Assembly: GCF_018977255.1 (NCBI RefSeq) | Contig: NW_024704743.1 | Coordinates: forward strand, 33,854,001-33,918,000 | Reading direction: 5' to 3' | From: Callorhinchus milii | Lineage: Eukaryota | Length of the DNA stretch: 64,000 bases | Shown here: in pieces, positions 1 to 12,046 of the stretch | Numbering within the stretch: position 1 is the first letter of the stretch | Layout of the letters: each line of letters starts with the position of its first letter | The notes under the pieces: generated by a model | The model's database searches: none | What the model was told of the DNA's origin: nothing | Seen by the model: only the letters and a program-made list of their open reading frames with translations | Position numbers and translations under genes: made by a program

Positions 1-58
1 ATTTTGAACTCTATCCTCTGGGGGATTGGGAGCCAGTAGAGCTGAGCGAGGATAGGGT
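1..58 (-). mobile_element. L2 LINE ORF2 fragment
   Basis: Its reverse complement matches the LARLHWLPIPQRIEFKI region seen in other L2 copies in this window. Confidence 0.6.
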
Positions 59-3000
59 TGTCACTTCAAAATCTTCTTTGCCTTGCAGCCTACCTCACTT
101 CCAGCTTTCCTGCTTCATCTCGCAGTTCAGCCAAAACTCAGCATAAACTTACAGCTGGCACTTGAATTAATACTCTTTAACAGAGTCCTGTGCTTAATCA
201 AAGGTGGTACTGGATAGCACTCCATAGCCTTCATTTTCATTTTTCATTTTTTTTAAAAAATGACAAATTAACTCCCTGGCTAGCTGTCAGAATTTATTTA
301 AACAAGTAGCTCCTCTTAATTTTTTCAGACTTTCTGTTTCAGTGAAATTAGATTCCAAAACCCAAAAGCTATAAACACATTATTTGCAAGATCCAAAACA
401 AATCAATACTGATTTTGTAAGAGAAAATGACGGGAATAAATTATTCATAACATCATTTTGAGGACTTCATTTAAGCTTCCAGCCTTGGTGTTGCACTCCA
501 ATTATTCTAGTGCTCCTGGTCAGTCTTTCAATGCACGAGTGCAGAACTCCTGCTGTCAAGTCTAGTTTATTGTAAATGGACTACCACCTCACAAACAATA
601 ACTTATTTTACTAGCTGTCACTTTTAATGCACATCCTATATACGCAAATAAAATCAAACTATAACCACCAAGTATTGCAACTGAATTGACTCTCCAGATC
701 TAGGCATACCTAGTATTTATTTTGAATAATAGCAAGGACAATGTTTTAAAATTAGAAATATAGGGCACACAAAATTGCACACATGAAATCTCTCATTTAA
801 TCTACAGCTGAGGCACATCAACCATTGAATGAGAAAATGAAGTTTAAACTATCATCGCCTTTCTCCCGATTTTAATATTCTCCATTCCAGTTGGCCTCCG
901 AGTTTATTAAACATTGCGATGGCATTTATCTCAACAAACCTCTATTAGGAGACATGGAATGTTACTGTTCATATAGGTTGTTCTGCATTAGTGCAGTACA
1001 GAAACAAGTATATAGAACTTGCATTAAAAAGTATGAAAACAATGCTTCCATCAACAGTAATCAATGAAACTTTGTTTTACACTACCCATCAGCATCTCAG
1101 TCTTAGTCAATTATCTTAAAATTGTGCAAATTTTGCAAAATTCCTCAAGTTCAGTCTCAATCTGGAAGCCTTTGCTGCAGTTCTTCCACACAATTCAAAT
1201 TTTAAAGCAGTGGCATTTGACACAGGAATTTAGGGCCTCCTGAGCCAAAATATGCTTTATTTTCAAAATGTTACCATTTGTAAACCCTGGGCATTTTGCC
1301 CACAAACTATAGTCAATTCATTTTACAGAATATTTTAGGGTATTGATAGCAAAAAACATGCATTTACTAATAATGCCTGTCTAGATCAGCAAGAAATCAG
1401 TTTGCTCCGAATACCCTTTGCATTATGAAGTAAGAGGATTACTTTGACAGGCTGACCAGAGTTTCTGAAATAAAACTATAGCTGCAACAAATTGATTATT
1501 AAACCACTGAATTCATTCATGTGTTGGCTGTGGTCCTTATCAGACTCTACAGGCTTCTAAAACTCCAGATTGTCAGCGTCTAAAACTATTCCCTTATTTC
1601 TTGCTTTTTCGTTTAACCTTTTCAATCTGAGCAGTATACCTCACCTTGGATCTCAACCTAGGTTTCTGAAAATGTGGTCAGGAATTATTTTTTAATGGAA
1701 TTTTAGTTTATACCAGTTTGTAAAAGACAGTGAAGCATTCTGCTCAAGATCTGTGGTAATCAGCTCTTATTTTTAGATAGAATTGCTATATGGTTTTACA
1801 CCACAAAACCAAAGAAATTTATAGCATGTTCTAGTCTCCTGCCCAAACCCACCCATAACCATTTATACTTCTCCTGTTCAGATATTTATCCAACTCTGTC
1901 TCAAAAAAGAATCATAATATTTCACCCTTATATTTTGGCATTCATCTGCAAATTATGCAATAGCTCCTTTGTATATTATTGCATATAGTTCAATGAAAAT
2001 CATTCATAATGAGTGGTCTTGGATTGAAATATTAACAAGGCATAAAAGATTTTCAATCTGTTTAAAACTTTAGGACAAAGGCAAACTACAGGGCAGATTC
2101 ATTATAAAGTGGTAGGTAGTCTGGGTCCATAAACTCATGTCCCATGTTAAAAATTAAGGGTGGAAAAAAAGTCCATCTTTCAGGTCACCACTGACCTCAA
2201 TTCCTGCCTGTTGTGTACATGTGCTGTTTGCAGGAAGCGTGACTGACATTACTGCATGCACACTACAAAATAATGTCAGCAGTGATTCATGTGCATAGCT
2301 TGTAAGCAGTGCACATCAAGCATCATTGGTGACAACCTGAAAAGCAGTATTTGTTTACTGCAGGAAACCAGATAGTCAGCATTGGAAGCCAAGTATTCAT
2401 ATTATAGTACTGCTGGGTATATAGTACACCAGAGCTGTCGGCAACCAGTGCTAAACTGGGGCACATATTAACACTGTATAAGGCTCAAGTTTTTCCACAA
2501 TTTCATTACAGGCAAGAGCACTCTAAACAAGACAATATCCAGGGAAATCACTTAAAGCGGAGTGTTTTTATAAAACTAGTATTGTCCACAACCCATTATA
2601 ATGGCTCATGCAGGAATAAAAATACATGCAGTGTTATTCCAGGCTGCTGATTCTAAAACACCTTAAGCAACTTTCAAAGTTTAACATTTGATGTGTAATC
2701 ACACCACCCTCTCGTGGTAGTAGAACCTAAAAACTGAAGTTCACAGATCAATACAAACCCTTTACAATACTATTGTTTTAACTTGTGCAAAGGGAAAATG
2801 CTATAACTACTTAAAAAATTATGTAGAATCTGCATTCAATGGATACTTTTTCAGTCTACCCAACTGATTCTTTTAAATTCACCTACAAATAGTCATTATA
2901 CTTTGCAGTAAAATCCTGTGAAACGCTTTGAGACTTTGAAGACATAAGGCCATGTATGAAAAGCAAGGATTATTGTACATTAGTATTATAAATTATTTTT

Positions 3001-5589
3001 AGAAAGCATCAGAGAAACATGTCAGCTAACGTATTGCATGCACATATTACGTTTTTTTAGTATTGTATTTTGTTTCTATGATAGTAAGTGTTGAAATGCA
3101 CTTGATTTTTCATGGTTTAATTGTTTCTTGTTGATCAAAATAATATCAGGATATTACAGGCTTAAAATCAGTTTTGATATTTATAAATTACAGTAATTCA
3201 GCTCTGAAATAAGTAAAACTAAAGTTGAGATGTGGCAGCATTCTACAATTAAGAGTTAAGGTCATAGAAGAATAGCTGTCAGATCCTCTCTTGTACAGTA
3301 TTGTGTAGAATGCCTGGTCTCGTTTCAAATTTGTAGATTATAAAGCAATAATTTAATTTAGTAATGCTGGTACATTTGTACATTTAAAATTCAGTACTTC
3401 CAGATCACCATTTGTCATATGACAACTTTTTTTTGACATGGCCATTTTCTCAAATTCTGAAAAGTTTTTTTTCAAAGAGCTCCAAATTCTGAACCACAAA
3501 GCTCATGTGGCTGATGTATTACATCCTTTTTTAAAGTGTAGCAGTTAAAAAATAATAATTCTTATGAGAATCTTTATACTAAATATATATCTTTAATTAT
3601 CCAAGGTCCTGTAGTCTTCATTCTTCAAGCAGGCTTTCTTTCACATCCTTAATTTTAATGATCTAAAGCCAGGAGAGATTTGTAGGTTATTTGTCCACTT
3701 AAGAGCGAACTGATCTTCCCATTACTTAACTTGCCCCATCTACAACTGTTAAAGCAATCTCACTAGTGTTTTTCATCATTTATTTTTAATTCCTGAAGGT
3801 ATGATTAACATTTGTCAATAAACAAAAACAGAACAACCAAAGACAACCATCTCAAAAATCAACTCACAATATCCAGAAACGTAAGGATTGATAACCCATT
3901 ACATGCTCAATGGTTTTACCGGTTGAATCTTGACAACTTAAGAACAACAGCTTGTCAGTGTTGGATGCCAAGCAAGAAGTAAAGGAGGAGTGGGGGTAGT
4001 GATCACACGCAGAAAAAATAGTTTTTAAGGTGGTATTTGAAGATATTATTTATTATTTATTTGAAGATAGAGAGGGGGCGAGATGGAGGGAGAGGCAAAG
4101 ACTGGCAGATCAAAGTATAAACTATGTTTGTGTCCTTACAATTCCATTTGGTCTGTAACTGGTTGGTCACTATGATCTGCATTTTACTGGTCCACAGATT
4201 ATTTAATGATAAATTTAATTTACATCCCCCACCTAAATCACGTTTATCGATAAAGTTTCATCTTCGGCATCACAAGACTTTTACTAGCATTATTGCTTGG
4301 TTCTACTGGCTCACCATCACCCAGCAGATCAAATTCAAGATGTTAAAGACCCCATGGAACTATTGAAAAGAGAGGGTATTTCTCCCAGTGTCCTGGCTAA
4401 CAAATCCCTCAACTAAAATACTCATCACTCATCCAATGCCTGTCTGTGTACAATTGGCTCTGTGTTTCGCCCCCAAAAATACAGTTAACCCACTTTAAGT
4501 ATATCCTGTGAAGCGCTTGAGAAGTTTCAACAACATGCTAAGGCTTTATAATCAAATGCAAGGATTATTATATTTGCAGCCACACAGAGATCTGGCAGCA
4601 TCCAGATGAATAAACTTACCCACATTATCCTAAGGGTTAAACATGGAGATCATCTATCTTTCTGGCACGATCCAAATTATTTGCTTTTGCAAATCAGGTG
4701 AACATTTTCTAATCAACCTAATCTATACTAATTCAATTTTAATTAGCATATATAACACATTAACACATTCTCAATTTTAACAGAGCACAAAGTTCATTCT
4801 TATTTCACGAGCACTGCTTTTATATTACAGCACTGATGGATGGCACTGTGAGTAATGTTCGAGTTGAGGGGCTGACATTGGAATATTGCCCATGATAATG
4901 GTGGTTGAAGCCAGCAGGTTCACTTGCACGTGAAGCTATCTGGTCTAGAATGAGTCAGCTCACATTTGTCACATAGACCTCTATAAAGAGCCACATGTTA
5001 TTTCAGAATTTAAAGGGAACAGATTAAAATCAATTGGTGACTGTGCACAATGTTGTATACTCAATCTACATTCTGCTGATATCTGTAATGACAGCACATA
5101 AACTCTAAGTGGCAGTAGCAGCACAAGGATGGAATACTAACCACAAGCAATTTTCAAACTACAAGAGAATTACAGATTTCATCCTCACTATTTTGTTCTG
5201 AACCCTATAAAGCGCAATGCATTTTTTTAGTTGAAAGGAAAGACCAAATTGTCTCCTTTGGGCTTTGGAAGCAGTTCCAATATAATGATTCTTGTGTTTC
5301 TTTAAAAAAAAGTCAACAAAGTTTAAGAGTTGTAGATTTCAATACAATTTTCAGAATAGATGTCTAACTCTAGCAAGGGACATAGGAAACCAGAGAAAAC
5401 CCAAAGTATTAATGACATGAAATTTCCTTAGCAACTGTCCCAAATGGAGGAGGGTAATTTCATAAGATGTTCAAACAAAGGCAGCTCAATTGATCTAATT
5501 TTTCCAAAATACACAATCTAGAGTCCTCCAATTATAGCATCAAACGTTTTTTTAAATAATCCTGCCCTTTGGCCTCAACTACCCTGACA

Positions 5590-5745
5590 GTCATTATTAA
5601 TTACCCTCTGGGTAAAGAAATACTTCCTGGTGTTAGGCTTGAAATTGTCTATTGTAATCCTGCACCTTTCCCTGACGCTTCTTGTTCTGCTGCGATAGTG
5701 TATCTGAAAGTATTGTTCTGGGTTTACTTTCTTAATCACATTTAA
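5590..5745 (-). mobile_element. CR1 LINE 3' ORF2 fragment
   Basis: Translation RTRS...RKYFFTQRVIN is typical of the CR1 ORF2 C-terminus. Confidence 0.75.
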
Positions 5746-7710
5746 AATCTGACTAGTCACAGGGGCCCATACGTTCTAGTTCGAACCCTGCAAGTCAAAT
5801 CCCTTATAAATAGTTCTCACTGAAACGCAGTGGGATGCTTGCATGTGAAGCTTATTAAATGGCAGCAGTACCCCAAGGTTTGGCTCTCTTGCACCGAATA
5901 CTTTCCAGAATTAAGTAAGCAAAGTACATGGGTAGAGTGAACATAACACACAAGACAAAGGGAAATTTCACCCACAAAAAATACAGTCACTCTACTTTAT
6001 AATACTGTATATCCTGTGAAGTGCTTTCATATATCTCCCTGACGTGAAAAGCACAGTGTGAGCATTATTATTTATGTCCATTTGTACATGGCATGCTTAT
6101 GTGGAGCTTTGACTTGTAAGCATCCTTTTGATCATGTGGGTCACTACATGTCAAGATATTTTTGTGACCAAAACCAAAATAAATCCCCTCGGAATCAAGG
6201 GATCACTGCCACTTTGAACAGTGAGGGTAAAATGTAATGTTCTTAAAATTGTAAACTCACTCACTCGCACGCACACACGAGGAAGTCAATCACTTTGATG
6301 TGGTTCCAACAGATTGGAAGCAAGCAAATACAATTGTTCCCATATTCAAGAAGCTTGGTGGTACCATACCTACCAACTATAGACCCATTAACCCGGTAAT
6401 AATTGCAAAAATTATGCAGTTATTATAACAATAATATTAATCCTTGTATTTGATACAGCGCCTTATCCTGTTGAGACGTCATTCATCAGAAAGAAAATGG
6501 AAAGATTACTTATATATAAATAATCTAATAAATGACAGTCAAAATGGATTCAAAGGAAGATGGAGTTCCTCATTGCTGGAGGTGCCGTCCTTCAGATGAA
6601 GTTAAACTGAGGTCGTCTTTGATTGTTCAGATGGACGTTAATGATCCCATTGGCACTATTCAAAAAGAAAAGGGAGTTTTTCTTGGTGTTCTGGTCAATA
6701 ATCCACCAGATAAATTTGGTTATTGAATAACATGGGCCTTTGTGGGACACTGCTGTGCCTACAAAATATCATCACAATACTTTACAGTAAATCCTTTCAA
6801 GCTCGTTGAGATGTCCTTCCATGGCGAAACGTGCTCTGTCAAATGCAAGAATTATTATTGGAAGACAGTAGGGTGGATATTCTGGAAGGATGAGATCAAA
6901 TGGGCCAAAGGGCCTGCATCTGAACCTATCTTGTGACATTTTCTGAATGTTCTGTATCCTTGTAAATTATACTCACTTCAATTATCCCAGATTAGCCAGG
7001 ATCTCCGTGAGTCTAGAACAACATTTACATATATCTTTCATCTTTCCCAAGCTGGAAGAAAGCTTGCATTTTATGCATCTAATTATTGTCCTGCCCCAGG
7101 ACAAGGTTAACCAGTGTAGGACTGGAAACAGACAAATAGAAAACGAAAACTGAAAACTTACATGCATTAGAACAAATAATTATTTAAATAACAAAAAAAA
7201 CCTTCACATTAGAGACAATAGAAGCACATGTGTACTCCAAGCAATGACTCTTGCTTCAGTAGTAATCAAGCTTTTAAGAAACAGGAGCACTTGCGTAATA
7301 TTTTGACTAAATATAATTTTACAGAATAGTTTTAAAGGTATCTACTTTAAAGCTGGATCTACATCATGTAAGCTAAATTTTCCATAATACTAACCAAATG
7401 TAGAGAACAAGAAAACACACTCAATGTTCAGGACTGCATCCAACATGTCATTCTATACCATAAACAAGTGTACATTTTGTACATTGCAATAGAGAGGATG
7501 GGAGAAAGGCTGTTCTTTCAGCAGCAGATGCATCTACAAGCACCAAACTATTTTAACTGCAAATTATATTTACCAAGTTATAGTAGGAGCCCTATTGTAG
7601 GCTGAAGTCAGCCTTTTTGGTTTTGTATGTATTAAAAAATGGCCAAATTCTGGGTCATCGGGGTATTGCCCACTGAGAATATTCAGAAAATGACAACTGC
7701 AGTGATCTAA

Positions 7711-8592
7711 TAACAAGAACAACATTACATTTGTAAAGTGCCTTTCACATCGGAAGGATCTCCCAAGGCACTGGACAGTTTTGCACCTGAGCTGGGGGTC
7801 GGGATTGGGGAGCGCAGAGGGGGAAGCAGGGAGATCAAAAGCATGGTCAAAGCGGAGGGTCTTGAAGGAGGTAAGGGAGGGGGCGAGGCGGAATGGAGGA
7901 GTTTCAGAGGGTGGGGGGAGAGTGGTAGAAGGCCGGCCCGCCAATAGTGGGGCAAGCGAGACGGGGGACGTGAAGCAGGCCGGAGTCCACTGAGTGGAGG
8001 GAGCGAGCAGGATGGTAGGCGGTTAGGAAGTCACAGAGTTAGGGGGAAGCAAGACCAAGGAGAACTTTGAAGATGAGGACCAGGATCCTGAACTGTATCC
8101 TATGTGATGGGAAGCCAGTGGAGTCAGGCGAGGATGGGGGTGATAGGGTTGCGGAGCCTGGTGCAGGAGAGGACACGGGCTGCAGAGTTCTGGGTGATCT
8201 GCAGCCTATGGAGGAAGGAGTTGGGGAGGCGGACAAACAATGAGTTTGCATAGTCAAGCCTCGATGTAATGAAAGAATGTATAAGGGTTTCGGCGGCCTG
8301 CGGTGTGAGACAATGGCGGAGCTGGGCGATGTTACAGAGGTGGGGGAAGGCAGAGGGGTCATGGTGCAGATGTGAAGTAGAAAGGATAGTTGAGGGTCAA
8401 ACAAGATGCCACGGTTCTGAACTGACTTAAGCAGGGTGGCGTGTGCAACCATGGATGGTGATGCTGTGAGCACCTGAGGTGAGGAGGCGCTGACGGAAGC
8501 GAATCAGGGGAGCCTCGGGTCGTGTTGACGTTCAACTGAAGAAAATTAGCTCTCATCCAGAACTTGATGCCATGGAGTCAAGGGTGGAGGAT
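7711..8592 (-). mobile_element. 5'-truncated L2 LINE, degenerate, with 3' tail
   Basis: ORF fragments MRANFLQLNVN, GILFDPQLSF and RIQFRILVLIFK. The 3' end is ...tgaaaggcactttacaaatgtaatgttgttc. Confidence 0.9.
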
Positions 8593-8853
8593 AACCAGGA
8601 AATTGAATATTTTTCTGCTTTCGGCTTTCTAAGCCAATGAGTAGTAAATATGGAGGTAGTAACCATAATTTTTATTAATCAGGGATTTTATGAACCCCCA
8701 AATACTGCCTTATAAAGGAATTCTAGTGTATTTTAAATATGTTTCTTAAATGAACACATTCAGAGAAGTGTATTACTTCAATAAGAAAATAAACATGCAA
8801 TTAGTTTTCTATGTTACAATAGTCTTATTTGAACGAGAGAAAAATTAACTCAC

Positions 8854-8986
8854 CAAGTCTACATGTAAGAGTTTCCAGGTCGACTGACAGTGCTGGGATC
8901 TGCTGGAGCTGTTCCTGCAGCTCGATTAAATGGTTCTTCTTTTTCTCCCAGTATGCCGACAATACCACCACTTCACCATCTACTGC
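8854..8986 (-). CDS. DTNBP1: Dysbindin internal coding exon (equivalent to human exon 5, 133 nt)
   Basis: The minus strand reads ttacag|GCAGTAGAT...AGACTTG|gtgagt and translates AVDGEVVVLSAYWEKKKNHLIELQEQLQQIPALSVDLETLTCRL, matching human dysbindin LVDSEVVMLSAHWEKKKTSLVELQEQLQQLPALIADLESMTANL. Splice sites are canonical AG/GT, with a phase-0 start that joins the 14597-14657 exon in frame. Confidence 0.96.
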
Positions 8987-9021
8987 CTGTAACATTATGA
9001 ATCAGAATTGAGTCAAACCTC

Positions 9022-9251
9022 AAAACGCAAAATACTGTAGATGCTGGAAATCTGAAACAAAAACAGAAGTCACTGGGAACAATCAGCAAGTCAGACCACA
9101 TCTATGGAGAAAGGAAAGTGAGTCAATGCTTCAGGTCCACGACCCTTCATCCAGTTCCGACAAACGGTTAACTCACAAAAGGTTGACTCACTTTCCTTTC
9201 TCCATAGATGCTGCCTAATCTGCTGAGTGTTCCCAGCGACTTCTGTTTGTG
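9022..9251. mobile_element. Palindromic short element (Penelope-derived or MITE-like) with a 14-bp TSD
   Basis: Arms at ~9057-9126 and 9183-9251 are inverted, with a perfect 28-bp core catctatggagaaaggaaagtgagtcaa. The element is flanked by ttgagtcaaacctc (9008-9021) and ttgagtcaatcctc (9252-9265). Confidence 0.8.
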
Positions 9252-10864
9252 TTGAGTCAATCCTCTATGGCTGTGTCAGCAGCTTGATATCCGATCAGCA
9301 GTACTCCAGGGCACTTGTGATAGATCAGCCAGCCTGGCTCATTGGTATGACGTGGAGAATCACAGGGACTGAGAATCTTCCCACTTGGCTCCAGAAAACC
9401 CTGCAAGCCAACAACCTAACGGGCAGACGGTGCTAACTGGACAAGCAGTGGGAAGTTTAATAGTCCACTGCAATGGCAGGCTGCATGATTTTAGCTGGTT
9501 AAACTCCAGCAAAACTATACACACACACCGGGGCACATTCAAGTAATTAGAGTGGAGATAGCATACCACTCTATACTAAATAAACAGAAATTATACATGG
9601 AACTCTCAGTAGTTTAGTTAAGAGACTCTTTAAATCCCAGCAGAGTTTGACACCACCACATAGGAACCTTGCAATTTAATCAGACAATCTGACATTTCCA
9701 TGTTGTAGACTGTAATGAAGTAATCTACATACTTCATGTCCAAATCATATCCTCATGATTATAGGGTTTGCTTTGTAATGGACTGTTTTATAATGACCTA
9801 CATCATTCTATAATTTGTGCTTAATCCTCCCAAATCTTTTTAACTTTTATTGCATTCTCGATTTCTGACGTGACAGATGAATAACTTGGATCTAAATGAA
9901 CATTTTGTGATCAATTCTGTTCAAGAAAAAGAAAAACTGCTTTAGCTCTACCATCGACTTCACCATTTATCAGAATGCTGCAGACAGTTTTGACAGCTGT
10001 AGATTGGGTCATCAAAAGGTTTTCACTGATGTGGATCACTTTCCAATATCAAATACTATGGTTTATAACTTTACTGTCATTCACCACTCATGGTACCCAA
10101 TACATCCTCAAATTACTTATTTGACTGATAAGAGTATATGAGCCGGTTAATGCAAGATAATTTTGCAGCAGCTTTTATTGGGTAACGTTATTCTCCTCAT
10201 TTATTTCTAAAGGGAAGGCAATGCATAGAACATTATTTGCCAATTAGGTTCCACTGCAGTTCACTTATTTTATTCATCTTTCCAAGGTTCGATGGGATAA
10301 TGCTTTAGCAAGAACGTGTTTGGTGCAGAAAAATTATTTACTGTTGAGCAGAACCATTTGTGGCCTGCCATTTTGGGAAACTTTCAGTTCAACTTGATGG
10401 CTACATATTAAACTTGTGTGGATTTGATTTTTTTTAAAAAAAATCAGTACACACCAATATTAGTCAGTTTTTGCAATATTCTACAAATAAATTTGCATCA
10501 ATAAAAAGATATTTTTTTACAATGCTGGAGGGTGCAGAATTGAGAAAAAAGTAAAACAACAAGATATGTAATCAAAGGTGAGGGATGGGGAAGAAGAGTA
10601 GGAGTCGCTAAAAACACAAGCTTGGAGTGAGTGACACACCTAAAGGTGGTTCAACAGGCAATTTCACACAGATAGTAAAAATGGATAAATTATAATTCTC
10701 AAATTGTCTCAGTTTTGTATCTCCCATGTATAAAAATTGTAGGCGATAAAAAAAATTGTCAATATTACTTAATCCATAAAACTCACAAAAATAAAAATCT
10801 AGTTCTACTAACCCTATTGATTTTCCATTTGTGCACCAACTATTTAATTATTACTTTCCAGTGC

Positions 10865-11020
10865 TTTTTTGGTCAGCTAGGTATCTGATACTTGTAGCAA
10901 CCCATCACCACAATTATGAGCCTCTAAATCAGACAGAGGTCCATGCATGTCATATAGAAATTGCATATGGAAATTCCCATGTATGGAATAAATACACATT
11001 TCTGGAGTGAAACACCCCGA
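10865..11020 (+). repeat. Unclassified old dispersed repeat (related copies at ~49295-49480 and ~49740-49772)
   Basis: ttttttggtcagctaggtatctgatacttg at ~10865 matches ttttttggtcagctaggcatctgacacttg at ~49742. The segment aacccatcaccac...cagacaga...ggaataaatacaca aligns with 49325-49447. Confidence 0.55.
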
Positions 11021-12046
11021 TTACTAATTCTGACTAGTTTTAGGTGCAAATTGCCAAGAGTCAAAGCTTGAGGACTCCAGAACGGGTGTTAAGAGTTCTG
11101 CTGAAGTCTAACTAGTTAAACGTCACATAGGTTGCAATTGAAAACAATGCCTGGAAAGCTTCCTGCTTCTTGTGCAGCTATTCAATCCTTTATTAACCAC
11201 TGTGCCGTTGCTCTCAATATGTTCCTTTGTTCACCCTTCACTTAGTAGTTCTTAGCTCCAATCACACTTAGGCCTCTTCTTTATGTATCCATTCCACACT
11301 CTTCATTCACTTTGCGCATTTCCCAAGTTACTCTTCTAACATTTTCTTTCTACCTCTAAACCCAACACCCTCCCTCAGATTTCCTTTAGCCCAGTCCCTT
11401 CATCCTTACTTTCTAGAGCTGTTGTTGCCCTCTGACACTATCTCATTACTCAACATCTTTCCCTTGAGGCATTTGTCACTGACTCAACTGATCTAATCCA
11501 GATAAACAGTTACCAGTGAGCGGTAATCTCTAACCCAGTTTGTCTGCAGCGCGTCTGCTAATCTTGAGGCAGAGCACAAATTTAAATTGAGGGTGCCATC
11601 TGGCTCTGTAAATTTAAGGAAGAGGATTCAAGCTGCAAAGGGGCCCGTGATCAAAAACAAGAGCTCTTTGAAACATGGGGAGGGTAATAATGCACCTTTT
11701 TGCAACTCTTGATGTACATCTATTCAGTATCTAAAATAAAATTAAAGCAGTTTAAACTTCTCCATACTCCTTATTCACAAAAGATTGAGGATAGTACACT
11801 CAATCAAACACACTAGCATTGACAAAGAACAAGAACTTCTGTAGGACTAAGGAAGATTGAATAATCCTTTTAACGAGACTTCACCAGTATGATTAAAGCA
11901 GTCTGCTTTTTGAAGCTAGAAAAGATGCATCCTACTCAAATCTTAATTTAGAGTTGAACAAAAAGATGTTGCAGCAAAAAATGCTGCATCAATGAGAACT
12001 ACAAATGGTTTACAGTAAAAACAGTCAAATGTGCAGAAGTTATATT

